A DNA stretch of 64,000 bases from Candidatus Thorarchaeota archaeon (lineage in GTDB: Archaea; Asgardarchaeota; Thorarchaeia; Thorarchaeales; Thorarchaeaceae). The position numbers were made by a program, and so were the translations under genes. The stretch is from assembly GCA_046482545.1 (NCBI GenBank), contig JAWOEX010000028.1, positions 160,001 to 224,000 on the forward strand, in the 5' to 3' direction. The notes below the pieces were generated by a model. That model was not told the origin of the DNA, made no database searches, and saw nothing but the letters and a program-made list of their open reading frames with translations. Shown piece by piece: positions 51,201-59,201 of the stretch. Positions within the stretch are counted from its first letter, which is position 1, and every line of letters begins with the position of its first letter.

Positions 51201-53006
51201 TGCACGGGTGAGGTAGCTACTCCACATCATGGTCGGCAGTGCTTCCATCACCTCGAATCCAAGAGGTGTTTCTATCTCTTCCAAATAATCGCGAATACCA
51301 CTGCTAATCAGCTCATCCTGCAATCCAAGAGTGTTGACACACAAAGCTACCGGCCAAGTCTCTTCTGTCTTTGCCATGATATCTGAATCCGAAAATCCCA
51401 GCCCGAAACCACCTGAAGGTAGTTGCTGCTCTTCAAGCCATGAAATTCCATTGGTCCGATTCTCTGGACTGAGCATTCCCAACCTATCCATGGTCGTTAG
51501 ACTAAACGCAGTACCTGCTGTAATCTCTGCGTCATTGCCCAAGGAGTTGTTATAGCTACCATCGCCATTCGAAGTTCTTGTCTGAATCCACTGTACAAGC
51601 ATTGCAGGTTCTTGGTATTCCTGTCCAAGAATCTCAAGCGATAGCACACAGGCAGCAGCATAGGAGTTGCGAGGTGTTGTCGCATCAGGACTGACTGCAA
51701 TACCACCCCAGCAGTCGGGATCCGAGGTTTCAGACCCTTTGATCTGGCATTCTCTCAGCCATTCTTCCAATGCTGTAGTATCAATTTGGCTGAGTTCACC
51801 AGAGGAAAGAAGTCCTTGAAGAACATGGTAGGTTGTGATAACGTCGTTGTCAAATCCACCATCGGTTTGTTGCCGCGACGAGAGATATTCCACCAATCCA
51901 GAGACGTTGAATTCTGTTGCCAACTGGAGTTCGGCAACTAGCCATAGCCCATGAGCCGTTGCCAGTTCGCCATGTTCCGTATACCTTGAGTCAGCAAAGG
52001 CATATTCATCGCCTAGATCGGCGTAGGTTTCAGCAAGAATTGAATGTACGAGGGCTACGTTCTGAGCAACCCATTGATTCCACTGAGAAGTGTTGCAGAT
52101 GTCTTTCGCTGAACGAGCTGTCCAGTAGGTTGAACTAACGGTCGCCTCATGGGGATACCAGAAACCTCCACGAAGAAATCCCTCAGTTTCCTGCTGAGCA
52201 GCAATTGCGTCCGCTGTAGAGCTCTCACCCAGAGACGACGCAAAGCAAACGATATTCTCTAAGAGATCTTCTCCTTCAGCGGTAAGTTCATCGATAGTTT
52301 CTGATGCAAAGAGAAACGAATCAAGCGGGTACGAATCATATCTCAGAAAAGGAACTGCAGAACTTGAGGCTGTCAGGTTCACTATCCTTGACTTGCTAGT
52401 TTGGACGCTGTCAAGAGGTGTATCCACAGCAGTGTTGGCCAGTGTTACTCCTGCTTCAATCTCGTTAGGATAAGAAAGGAAGACTGCCTCTGCATAATCT
52501 ACCGCTAGATGAAGAACAGTGTCTGATGCGGCGGTCTTCTTGGGTGTATCTGTTCTGCGTAGATGGTGCAACAACCATGCCGCTCTGCCCATCATAATGA
52601 CTGGAACATCAGAAGCAAGAAGAACACGAAACAACTGATCGCTAGCTGTAGATCCATTGTTAGAGCCTGTACTGGCATCTAAGATGATGACGCTTGCATT
52701 CAGGACAGGAGATGGTTGACTCACAAGTTCGCTGCTTGTCTTCGTCTCCACAGGTATGCCTTGCGTGGACAAGAAAGATGCAATATTCTCACGCGCAGAT
52801 GGTATGCTAGCCTCATCCATTCCAACAACTAACACATTGGCAATACCGCTCCCGATTTTCAGTTCACTAGGCAAATAGCCTTGATGTTGTTCCACAGGAG
52901 ATTCATCAGATGTAGTCTGAGACACAAACCCTATGTCCTGTTGGATAGTAGCAAATGGCAACAAAAGACACAGGCAGCACAATACAAGTAGTCGTCGTGA
53001 ATTCAA
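45213..53006 (-). CDS. Giant (2597 aa) cell-surface protein: prenyltransferase/squalene-cyclase-type alpha/alpha toroid repeats, long Ig-like stalk, C-terminal TM
   Basis: Signal peptide; QQTDGGF, NGDGSY, QQLPSGGFG repeats; more than a dozen Ig-like units (L.D....P, TNSTG, GNY...A.F.G); TM followed by RRR. Confidence 0.88.
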   Translation of the reverse strand: MNSRRLLVLCCLCLLLPFATIQQDIGFVSQTTSDESPVEQHQGYLPSELKIGSGIANVLVVGMDEASIPSARENIASFLSTQGIPVETKTSSELVSQPSPVLNASVIILDASTGSNNGSTASDQLFRVLLASDVPVIMMGRAAWLLHHLRRTDTPKKTAASDTVLHLAVDYAEAVFLSYPNEIEAGVTLANTAVDTPLDSVQTSKSRIVNLTASSSAVPFLRYDSYPLDSFLFASETIDELTAEGEDLLENIVCFASSLGESSTADAIAAQQETEGFLRGGFWYPHEATVSSTYWTARSAKDICNTSQWNQWVAQNVALVHSILAETYADLGDEYAFADSRYTEHGELATAHGLWLVAELQLATEFNVSGLVEYLSSRQQTDGGFDNDVITTYHVLQGLLSSGELSQIDTTALEEWLRECQIKGSETSDPDCWGGIAVSPDATTPRNSYAAACVLSLEILGQEYQEPAMLVQWIQTRTSNGDGSYNNSLGNDAEITAGTAFSLTTMDRLGMLSPENRTNGISWLEEQQLPSGGFGLGFSDSDIMAKTEETWPVALCVNTLGLQDELISSGIRDYLEEIETPLGFEVMEALPTMMWSSYLTRASRYSHISAINRSKLSEYLLTFDAFAMYPTWNNLTAGSSIEYGYDQYRIRSVWANLLGIEAFMTAGRAIPSEVASQATNYVTLSQYIGGHFKPTSYAASFTASMQHSVAAVEALYQLDHLDFIQYRSALESAVLSEYDSGSWSSQDWTIRPYCNQQSAVDLLSTRAALRLGLITSTMADEIEAEIQTRLQYDDFWSLSNDVATLALLKSSSFDVNLDSVNTTAVFDKLEDSFDEGWFNSSELWQPVFTADMLELVSTLGLRLRLVNVTGTRLVTSIAETASLGESLAINLSITSNLTQHIVKVNAFDGWTTFENVSSNDVIYIVVPNDKSSLGPLDVTVAVTDYAAVRAYSVETVTVSGELAGFLDIGSSEILQGYILSGTVSWELSTGSDAGDTNGTVSLHNTTFNEESFYANRVSPFDFEVSTLDYSEGNYTLAVTLERKYCEQLVLTEEVSVIEPISTDLESSDILDARINEPVTIDYSLTFSCNGTPVEGQNVTLEILDSNDVTVHTDSMISALSGNSFEWITTERGNYTYNLCTRNNGSIEGTETQGKMLVYEESSLDWHIQDEYDQYGEATLTAQLISEEGISLSGFWVSVEVLSPSNEVSEWNLETNSTGHVSLVIGLYENGNYSVKAIFEGADFVKGSNTQSSFISFSSSNITFLSPTHSSVLVTDDLQIVVLLEDSNSSPLVNEVVSIEITYLPSSIVYQDDLLTNSSAMVSLTWRPGTAGDYLINASFDGSISRGDASSDADLTARIPVTLSMDLPDGLLCGKEYSLIIYAENHLSEPVDGLEVSAVILLPNGTTIDWCATTNAGSASFTWTPNIRGVSTIETSSARQGVYEATNSSMAVEVFDEITVDIHWLEDPLAPLNNQFAVHLSDSYNQNLEGIEIEVMVFLNGMQIMNATDSTSQTGSIALEVHLNEPGTVAIEISTDKQDYLLECSDTLDSQVFGISQLSLQNSGMPISQGTTLGIVGDLSDWADEPLVGELIKLVIIQSGIGEISSANLIAGEQGEFVYAYQFDEVGDFQIIATYTGSQLNASDTDNFVQRVQVVPTLVLEHDWTCLVSQDTQLSMLVLDALDDAIPNRSLTVTIEMNGEVVFEANLLSGTDYKHVHWTPGQRGLATLTLVHAGGNYYLENTTISTISVMAEIGGLLHLNTTSCDVYAAVEAMYNLTGQTETSGVSVVFEALDMNLIPLWTIQIDTNDSGIAIVSYLADDACGNIILRARPEDNQYLVGGESQKQLTVKTEAKVSLDVTNPVSDEQTNVSLSVYNELDTPIDAINLEIELVNPYGETVDLGGWLGQLSLTVSEGIAGFSFTSEEHGYHTLSISFAGSALVYGFENESMLMIYSRTSVSVDCSQDLEVGDTLDLSAKLTDKQGHALANMNLVIELNAPSISNEVTLTTNSTGYVEHSSILEEEGLWQVSVRFDGLGAYLQKESSVEVDVRYGTEIQVELLDQNDIIAGLAPLNLSLLLIDSGGIPLEGRDIAYNVYHEEEGLVFSDEIEQYSQRPENVSIAFTRAGNHTIIFQFLGTDHYHPSSTTIVVFVRGTTKITIDGPMTADRASNANLTIQILDERTDAISDLEGLYYELQGPNGLVDLKNRTILEDASIRLSLLALHCGSYQLNTMFEETSLRLGDSTVFEFDVTTVTRIVPTNQQLSGNLQEEHSMTIVLVDSLNGTINDGTIRVSLYNPDGEEIYGNSLSTSTTIDLAEGPPTIDWTPRIAGNYTLTFSYAGTEFRQACELSIVVLSRYATSLTFVDLTEAAYYDEEFKLSVRLTRENHKIGGAPIRIEILYGSQTVAKQTIATDWVGTAKAQFNLEYAGNYDVVVSYRGSELNNPCSVEGQVSLLPELSASLSGLSEPYVGAECKANITLVIAGARENSAFTVMGELYGPDGNLVKTVNGSASRMSSIEVTFSPTTIGEHVLNLTLGGLPAIENASISIPFSIESPPINIPMSESAIPLGGGLGIIGILAVAVRRRIKSVIESLPEEWEG

Positions 53007-53605
53007 AATGGTACCTCCAAAATCTGTATGTGAACGAAAAGCAGAATGATAATCGCAATGACCAGTTCAAGGGCACCACTCCGCGGCCTCTTCCTCAGTG
53101 ATGCCCCGATAAGTGAAATATCGCCACTCCTGATTGATGCGTTGAAAAGCACACCAAGGGCGACATACAGGCCGATGACAGGCCATATGAGGTCAGCCGC
53201 AAATGCCATAGGGAGTATCATCAGATTCATCGCGCTGAATACAGACAACACTACAATGGCATAGATCGCGGCGATGACAACTCCAACCCGTGGTGGGCGT
53301 TCAACATTCAGGTACAGGTTGACTTCGCCGTACGTTGTTGAAGTACCGACGCTCTCAATTCTGAAGCCGAAGACACTGCAGACCAAGTACCGAATCCCTA
53401 CATATACAAGAGAACCCGGGAGGAAAATGATAGAAAGAATAGATAGTACAGGATTCCTAGTCCATTCCTCAAACTCGCGTTTTCTCCCCGCAAGGAGTAT
53501 AGCACTTCGAATCACTGTCATTGCAATAAGCACGATTGGCGTGAAAGTCAGTGCTAGTATGAGATTTGTAACCACCAATCCGGCTAGATCATTCCAGTTA
53601 AGCAT
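53003..53605 (-). CDS. Membrane protein resembling zincin/M50-like (DUF3267-type) peptidases without HExxH
   Basis: IFLPGSLVYVGIRYLVCSVFG sits where homologs have PG..HE..H...C...G; FNASIRSGD echoes the PS.xD motif; stop overlaps the giant gene's TTG. Confidence 0.6.
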   Translation of the reverse strand: MLNWNDLAGLVVTNLILALTFTPIVLIAMTVIRSAILLAGRKREFEEWTRNPVLSILSIIFLPGSLVYVGIRYLVCSVFGFRIESVGTSTTYGEVNLYLNVERPPRVGVVIAAIYAIVVLSVFSAMNLMILPMAFAADLIWPVIGLYVALGVLFNASIRSGDISLIGASLRKRPRSGALELVIAIIILLFVHIQILEVPF

Positions 53606-53742
53606 GATTCTACCTCGTTGATATGATTCAACGAGTTATAGTATGACAATCACTAGCCTGAATGTTTGCATTAGTATGAGTAGGAAAGCATAGGCCTTTA
53701 TACGTCTATATATGGCTCCATACGTGCTCCACCATATTTAGA

Positions 53743-54363
53743 TTAGCTAAAAATGTTTTTTTGTGTCTTTACAGGTTTATGTGGCCCCAGATTGGAATCG
53801 CTTTGCCGATTTTTCCCGGTTTTTGATACAAAATCAGTCAATTGCTCAGTCATTTTGCGCGAAGAATTCCAGATCATTCTGGTTCCATGGATTCGGTGTA
53901 CATTTTGCAACGAACGGAACGCCGCCTTGGTCCATCCACTAATGTCGAGCGAAGTGGGTTTTGCAATTCCTTGTATCAGTTTAGAAAATGACTGTGAATC
54001 TGTTTCTTCAACAAGTCTGCCCAAAAAGCTGACCAAAACCCGAAGACGATTGCTGTCGCAGTTGATTCCCATAGCAAGAAGAGCTTCTTTTGCAGAGCTA
54101 GTTCCTAAATGAGCAAGTGCACGCACTACCACAAACCAAGAGTCGAAATCCCTCCGACGAGCGAGTGAATTGCAGATTTCAATCACGGCTGAGTCTCGCC
54201 TGTGGGCTAGCTCCTGAATGGCCGGTTCCCGCAAGAATAGACTCAGTTCTGTGTTCTTACTTCTATTTACCAGCTTTTCTCTAGAGACATCAGAAAAATC
54301 ATAGACTTGTTCAGAACTCAAAGCGGAACCAGTATCAACCAAGAACAGGTAGTTGGCGTTCAT
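53743..54363 (-). CDS. HEAT/PBS-lyase repeat-like protein
   Basis: REPAIQELA...VRALAHLGTSSAKEALL...LVSFLGRL; own TTAATAA box about 25 nt upstream. Confidence 0.6.
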   Translation of the reverse strand: MNANYLFLVDTGSALSSEQVYDFSDVSREKLVNRSKNTELSLFLREPAIQELAHRRDSAVIEICNSLARRRDFDSWFVVVRALAHLGTSSAKEALLAMGINCDSNRLRVLVSFLGRLVEETDSQSFSKLIQGIAKPTSLDISGWTKAAFRSLQNVHRIHGTRMIWNSSRKMTEQLTDFVSKTGKNRQSDSNLGPHKPVKTQKNIFS

Positions 54364-54421
54364 ATAGGTAGGTCTGGATGGCCATTATTAAGGGACACAT
54401 GTGATACGAATTCACAAAGAA

Positions 54422-55393
54422 TCAGCATGTCTCTTCGAGTGTCGTCTGTTCTTGACCGTAGGTTTTCCAAGCCCGAGTGAGAGCCTTAATAGTCCTCTTA
54501 ACCGTTTCTCTCTTTTCAAGTGGAAGAAAATGCCGTTTCAGTTGATTCGGATTCGGGGGTCTCAGTGTGAGGTCAAACATGAATGAATCTATTCTGTCTG
54601 CTTCATAGAAAGTATCTCTCGCCAAGATAAATTCTTTAATCTGTGAGTGAGGAATACCGTTGGCGCGGAGTACATCTTCCAAGCTTCCGTATCGCTTCAA
54701 TTGTGTGGCACCCCTTCGAGGGCCTACATTTCGAAGTCCTTCATGAAAATCACAACCACACAGGATAGCCAAATCTCTCAAGCCCACCAAGTCCAAATCA
54801 AGCTCTTGTTTCAAATCGGATAATCTGGCAGAGGTAATCTTTCCTTTGGAAAAGCTGATGCCCTTGGTAAGATGTGGGGATCCAAAAAGAAGTGTGTCTA
54901 CATCATTGGATAACACAGACCCGGTTCGTCTAGCCCTTGCCAGTGCAGCTGCGGTCATCTCCGCTTCAGAGGATGCAGTAATGGTCGGAACTCCAGATGC
55001 CGCCAACAAATCCTTCAGATGAAAAGACATGAAATACATCGACAAGCTAGGACTTCCGGCAAGAGAAGACGAAATATGATGGTCGAAAGGATCTCTCTTC
55101 TCTAGAAAACGATTGTATAACCGGCGTGCGGAACGCAGAAGGTTGGGATTAGGTGCCCGCTTTAGGGATTCTGGAGGGCCATCAAAGATGAATACTGGTA
55201 GGATGTTATGTTGGAGTAAACCCTCAACCAGCTTGAGGGCAATAGACACGTATGGCATAGGCTTTCTTCCTGTCCCGCCCCGGGCGGCCAAGCGACGCAC
55301 AAAGTAATTTGGAACATCGATTGCTAGGGCTGAGGGCTCAATTTTAATGGCACTTGCAGTGTAGTGAACGAAATCCCAGCCAACTACTCCCAA
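54422..55393 (-). CDS. FEN1/XPG-family 5' structure-specific nuclease (divergent paralog)
   Basis: TTG start gives MGV; AID..NY, PVFIFDGPP..LK, SEAE, SNDVDTLLFG, H3TH ILCGCDF..GL..VGP; PIP-like QTTLE at the C-terminus. Confidence 0.88.
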   Translation of the reverse strand: MGVVGWDFVHYTASAIKIEPSALAIDVPNYFVRRLAARGGTGRKPMPYVSIALKLVEGLLQHNILPVFIFDGPPESLKRAPNPNLLRSARRLYNRFLEKRDPFDHHISSSLAGSPSLSMYFMSFHLKDLLAASGVPTITASSEAEMTAAALARARRTGSVLSNDVDTLLFGSPHLTKGISFSKGKITSARLSDLKQELDLDLVGLRDLAILCGCDFHEGLRNVGPRRGATQLKRYGSLEDVLRANGIPHSQIKEFILARDTFYEADRIDSFMFDLTLRPPNPNQLKRHFLPLEKRETVKRTIKALTRAWKTYGQEQTTLEETC

Positions 55394-56100
55394 GAATGAA
55401 ATCCCCCGTATATTGATTCTAATCCACACGGGCTCAAATAAACAACTACCGCTCGTTCGTTTTTGATAAGTGGTGAGAATTGCACCAAGATACGTATTGC
55501 AGAATCAGACACATCTAATTTCTCTATCCGAATCACGGAGTCTACTGCGTGAGCAAGTACATTACCTCCAACAGGTTTCCTTGCACCTTTTGATGAATAC
55601 GCTGTCATCATGAGATGCAGCCCGTGATTGTTGACCTGAGCACGGAGTTTTTCCAAAGAGCTGTAAAGCTTCCGCTGAGTCTTCTTGGTCATGGGCTTTC
55701 CGCTCAGATTCATCACTCCTGTAAGGCTATCAACAATCACAACACGGAAACCATGGGTTCCAGCATGTTCAACCGCTGCTTCCAAATCAGTAAGGGAAAA
55801 AACATTGCCAATTTGAATGTGTTCAAGGGGCCTGTCTGCTTCCATAGTCTCTCCAAACTTCCGCATGAGATTAGGTGAAAATCCAGATCCAGAATCCAAG
55901 TAAAGGGAACGATTATTTGCAACAACCCCTCCAAGAGCAGCGATGTGAGCCATCTCTGTGAGAAGCCCTCGTTCAGGGCCATGAAAAATGCTAATCTGGC
56001 GGTCAACAAACACTGGTCCCACTGTTGAGTCTAGTTGCTCAGGCTTGAGTTCGACCAGCCTATGAAAATCCATGTTAAACTCACTCAGCTGTTTGGCCAT
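55384..56100 (-). CDS. RecA/RadA-family paralog with degenerate Walker A
   Basis: ISIFHGPERGLLT (no GKT), LYLDSGSGFSP, VVIVDSLT, KPVGGNVLAHAVD (Rad51/RadA L2-side motif). Confidence 0.8.
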   Translation of the reverse strand: MAKQLSEFNMDFHRLVELKPEQLDSTVGPVFVDRQISIFHGPERGLLTEMAHIAALGGVVANNRSLYLDSGSGFSPNLMRKFGETMEADRPLEHIQIGNVFSLTDLEAAVEHAGTHGFRVVIVDSLTGVMNLSGKPMTKKTQRKLYSSLEKLRAQVNNHGLHLMMTAYSSKGARKPVGGNVLAHAVDSVIRIEKLDVSDSAIRILVQFSPLIKNERAVVVYLSPCGLESIYGGFHSWE

Positions 56101-57034
56101 CCGCGGTCACGCTCCGAATTATGACTGATACATCCTTTTCAAAAAGTAAAGTCTCTTCTGTGCCTGGTGGCAGGGATTCAAGGTCCATTCCCGGAACCTC
56201 GTTTTCCCGTACTATGACCCTTGGCCCATCCGAAGACGGTAAGATGGTCGTTCTTACCGGCGGGTCTGCCAGGATGCGTGAAAGAGTCGTGTGGTTTGTA
56301 GCGATACGAAAATCCTTTGGATCGATACCCGCAAGGCTTTCAAGGTAAGGCAGAGAGCCAATGAAGTGGCTGACTTCGGGGGATAGCTCAGTGAAATGGT
56401 CAACACCATAACTCCTAACGAGATTTTTGATTCGATTCGGCCAGCCTGCATCGTTTTCGCAGTTCACAATAATTGCGTCTGCCTCCTCGAATCGGACCAA
56501 ACAAACCGGCAATAGTGGTCGTTCCTCGATTAGAGTAATCATCGTCTGGAAATACCTGTGAGAAAGAAGAAACACCTGCCATACGCTACCGGACCTTACA
56601 GAATGATTATCCTCAATTCTTACCATAGTGTTGAGGACAGTACTGAATCCCCTTGACAATACTTTGGCACTTCTCTTTTGACGATGGGGATTTCGCACAG
56701 TGGTACATCCAATCAGGAAGAAGATAACTCCGAGTATAGAAACTAATCCATCAAAAATAAGCAAAGTAAAGCCGATTGCTAAAGCTGAATAGCCAGCCGC
56801 AAATCCGGCTACTGCAGTCACAACAGAACTCACTTTAGATTCAGATACGAAACGATGGTCAAGAACAAGTAATCCAAAGGCAAGGAGTACAAGGAAAAGG
56901 AGAGGAATGACATTCCCAGTTCTTGCGCTGAGTACTATAACGGTGAGAGATGCCAGCAATTTAGTGCCGAATAAAACAGCAACCATTATCACAATCAGCA
57001 GAATTCCTGCATTGCCTATCCACTTACCAATCAT
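56081..57034 (-). CDS. Membrane protein: about 4 N-terminal TM plus soluble domain, function unknown
   Basis: Hydrophobic first ~110 aa; overlaps both neighbours. Confidence 0.75.
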   Translation of the reverse strand: MIGKWIGNAGILLIVIMVAVLFGTKLLASLTVIVLSARTGNVIPLLFLVLLAFGLLVLDHRFVSESKVSSVVTAVAGFAAGYSALAIGFTLLIFDGLVSILGVIFFLIGCTTVRNPHRQKRSAKVLSRGFSTVLNTMVRIEDNHSVRSGSVWQVFLLSHRYFQTMITLIEERPLLPVCLVRFEEADAIIVNCENDAGWPNRIKNLVRSYGVDHFTELSPEVSHFIGSLPYLESLAGIDPKDFRIATNHTTLSRILADPPVRTTILPSSDGPRVIVRENEVPGMDLESLPPGTEETLLFEKDVSVIIRSVTADGQTAE

Positions 57035-57660
57035 TGTGTTCCTCCCCCAAGGGCCAATGCAACTGATCCTTCATCTTCAAGCCGAATTTCAATCAAAGGA
57101 GTAGATTCTACTTCAGCAATTGATATGCCGGATTTTATGGTTCGAGCAATCTTGATTTCGTAATCAGCGAATCTATTCATTGCTTCCTCATACACAGCCC
57201 TTTTCGAACCACCGACTTCTCTACACTCGCTGATACAGAGAATCGTCAAATCGTGTTTCATTGACATAGCTGTTAGACTCGGTAACACCTCTTCGAAGAG
57301 TACTCTTCCCCACATAGGGTCTTTTCGAAGTCCCATATCCAAGACACGAGTAATCGAATCAATGACAATAAGGGTTGTATCTTCAGTGAGAAATGTGGGG
57401 ATATCTTCGATAATCTCTACCGTCATTTTATGGCCCATAGCACTAAGGACCCTAACTGATTCAGGCCTTCCGTTTGTCCGGGATATGGTCTGCTTCAAAG
57501 GCTCGATGAAAGCCATCTTACCATTTGTGTTAATCCACAATACATCAGAGTCCATAGCCACCTCCGAAGCATAAGCTATGGCAAAGAGAGTCTTTCCCGT
57601 TGCAGGAGCTCCGGAAACATGGACTAGTCCCTTTAGTCCAAAGTCGCAAGGCTTGTTCAT
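57031..57660 (-). CDS. RadB-like RecA/Rad51 paralog (intact P-loop)
   Basis: G.....V.GAPATGKT, VLWINT, LIVIDSI, ILCISE; core-only length of 209 aa. Confidence 0.82.
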   Translation of the reverse strand: MNKPCDFGLKGLVHVSGAPATGKTLFAIAYASEVAMDSDVLWINTNGKMAFIEPLKQTISRTNGRPESVRVLSAMGHKMTVEIIEDIPTFLTEDTTLIVIDSITRVLDMGLRKDPMWGRVLFEEVLPSLTAMSMKHDLTILCISECREVGGSKRAVYEEAMNRFADYEIKIARTIKSGISIAEVESTPLIEIRLEDEGSVALALGGGTQ

Positions 57661-59201
57661 AAGGAGTCTTCCTCATCCTCTGATGGTTTGCTTTCTAGTG
57701 GAGACCCCTTTAGTTTTGAATCAGCAATCTGGCGTCCTGTAAGCTCCAATTCATCTTTGCTGGAGTCAGTATTTCCCTCTACTTCATCCCCGCTTTCGGA
57801 AATACCGGCTGAGCCTATTCGTTGGTATAATCCATCATTACACTTGTCCGGTTCAGGTATTTCGTCGGGTATTTCAGATTCTATTTCTTGCTTCAGAAAT
57901 GCTGCAGTGCCAAGCAGGTTTATGGAATCATATATCCTCTGCAAGAGATTATTGTCGATGAGGCCGGCTCGTGAGACGGCTCTGTATAGAGTTCCAATAT
58001 AATCAATCAGGGAGTCTCGATCTTCTGAAGGGTATGCACCAAGACCGGCATAAGAAATTGCTAATTCATCGAAATCACTCTCTGAAAGCCCGGCCTCAAG
58101 TTCCTCGAATAGGCCTAGGAAGGTGGCTAGACCATCATCAGGTATCGATGCGCGCTTGGTTGACGAGTTTTTCGCGCACTTCTCAATTATGATACTACTG
58201 GCCTCAGCGGCCTCCTCAATTTTCGCATTTTCTATTGCATCAACTACTCTGGATACGAGTGGAGATATTACGAAATTGATGTCCTCGATTTTCTTGAAGA
58301 TATCTGCCTTCTTGCACAGTTGCTGTTGTGTGAGGGCGCGATCTCCAATTTCAGCCAGCTTGCCTTCTTCTTCAGCCAGCTTATCCTTGAAACAGAAAAT
58401 ATTCTTTCTTGCCTTAAGACCAGTCCACATTGCAAAACCAACAGAAAAGGCAGCCAGTACCACGGAAATAATCCATCCGATTCCTCCAACAAGAGAGCTG
58501 TACACCGCGCTTACTACGCCTACAAGACCAACTAGGATCGCCAAGAAAGCAAACCACCCATTTGTAATTCCCTTTTCCAGAGACTCCCATTTCTCCGGTA
58601 TCATCGCAGCCCTAATATCAGGTGCTGTTCCCATCGCATCTGATCTTCGAGACAGACTGAAGTCTTGAAGATTCAACACCCTTTTTGGTTCACAGAACCA
58701 AGAGTAGGAGTTCTTGTCTACTGTCTCCGAAGTAACGACATAGTTCATTCTCGACTGTCTAACCAAGCTATGCTTCTCGGGTGATGAAGAAGACTGCAGC
58801 ACATCGAATTCGATTTTTCCGAAAGGAGTCATGATGCACTTCGATTCTAGTTTTTCGTCGAGTTCAAGGTCCTCAAATACTTCATTCAGTTCTCTGTCCG
58901 CTGCTTTTAGAACGGTTTTCTGCATACCCATCTTTGGAAGGTCACAGGAATTGAGATCCAAGATATTTGTCAAAGAAACATGTACACTTCTTGTATTGGG
59001 TATCCTATCAAAGCGTACTCCAACAACAAGTCCTTTTTCAGGATAGGCCTTTGCCACATGCTCGTTTTCTCTCAGAAGATCGAGTATGCTTTCTATCTGC
59101 GATTCTTTCTTGTCTTCCTCTTTCTCAGTTATAGTATCCCCTTTTCGAGATGGCTGTGTTGATCTTTGATCACTACTTGCTGACATCTTTATCACCTGCA
59201 T
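57657..59201 (-). CDS. Membrane protein with central 2-TM hairpin and helical C-terminal domain, function unknown
   Basis: Two adjacent TM helices mid-protein; probable start ATG 59186 after GGTGA; overlaps both neighbours. Confidence 0.78.
   Translation of the reverse strand: MQVIKMSASSDQRSTQPSRKGDTITEKEEDKKESQIESILDLLRENEHVAKAYPEKGLVVGVRFDRIPNTRSVHVSLTNILDLNSCDLPKMGMQKTVLKAADRELNEVFEDLELDEKLESKCIMTPFGKIEFDVLQSSSSPEKHSLVRQSRMNYVVTSETVDKNSYSWFCEPKRVLNLQDFSLSRRSDAMGTAPDIRAAMIPEKWESLEKGITNGWFAFLAILVGLVGVVSAVYSSLVGGIGWIISVVLAAFSVGFAMWTGLKARKNIFCFKDKLAEEEGKLAEIGDRALTQQQLCKKADIFKKIEDINFVISPLVSRVVDAIENAKIEEAAEASSIIIEKCAKNSSTKRASIPDDGLATFLGLFEELEAGLSESDFDELAISYAGLGAYPSEDRDSLIDYIGTLYRAVSRAGLIDNNLLQRIYDSINLLGTAAFLKQEIESEIPDEIPEPDKCNDGLYQRIGSAGISESGDEVEGNTDSSKDELELTGRQIADSKLKGSPLESKPSEDEEDSL

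Noticed and set aside
45213-53006. Alpha-2-macroglobulin/thioester protein
   Set aside because: No CxEQ thioester motif seen, and the domain order differs.
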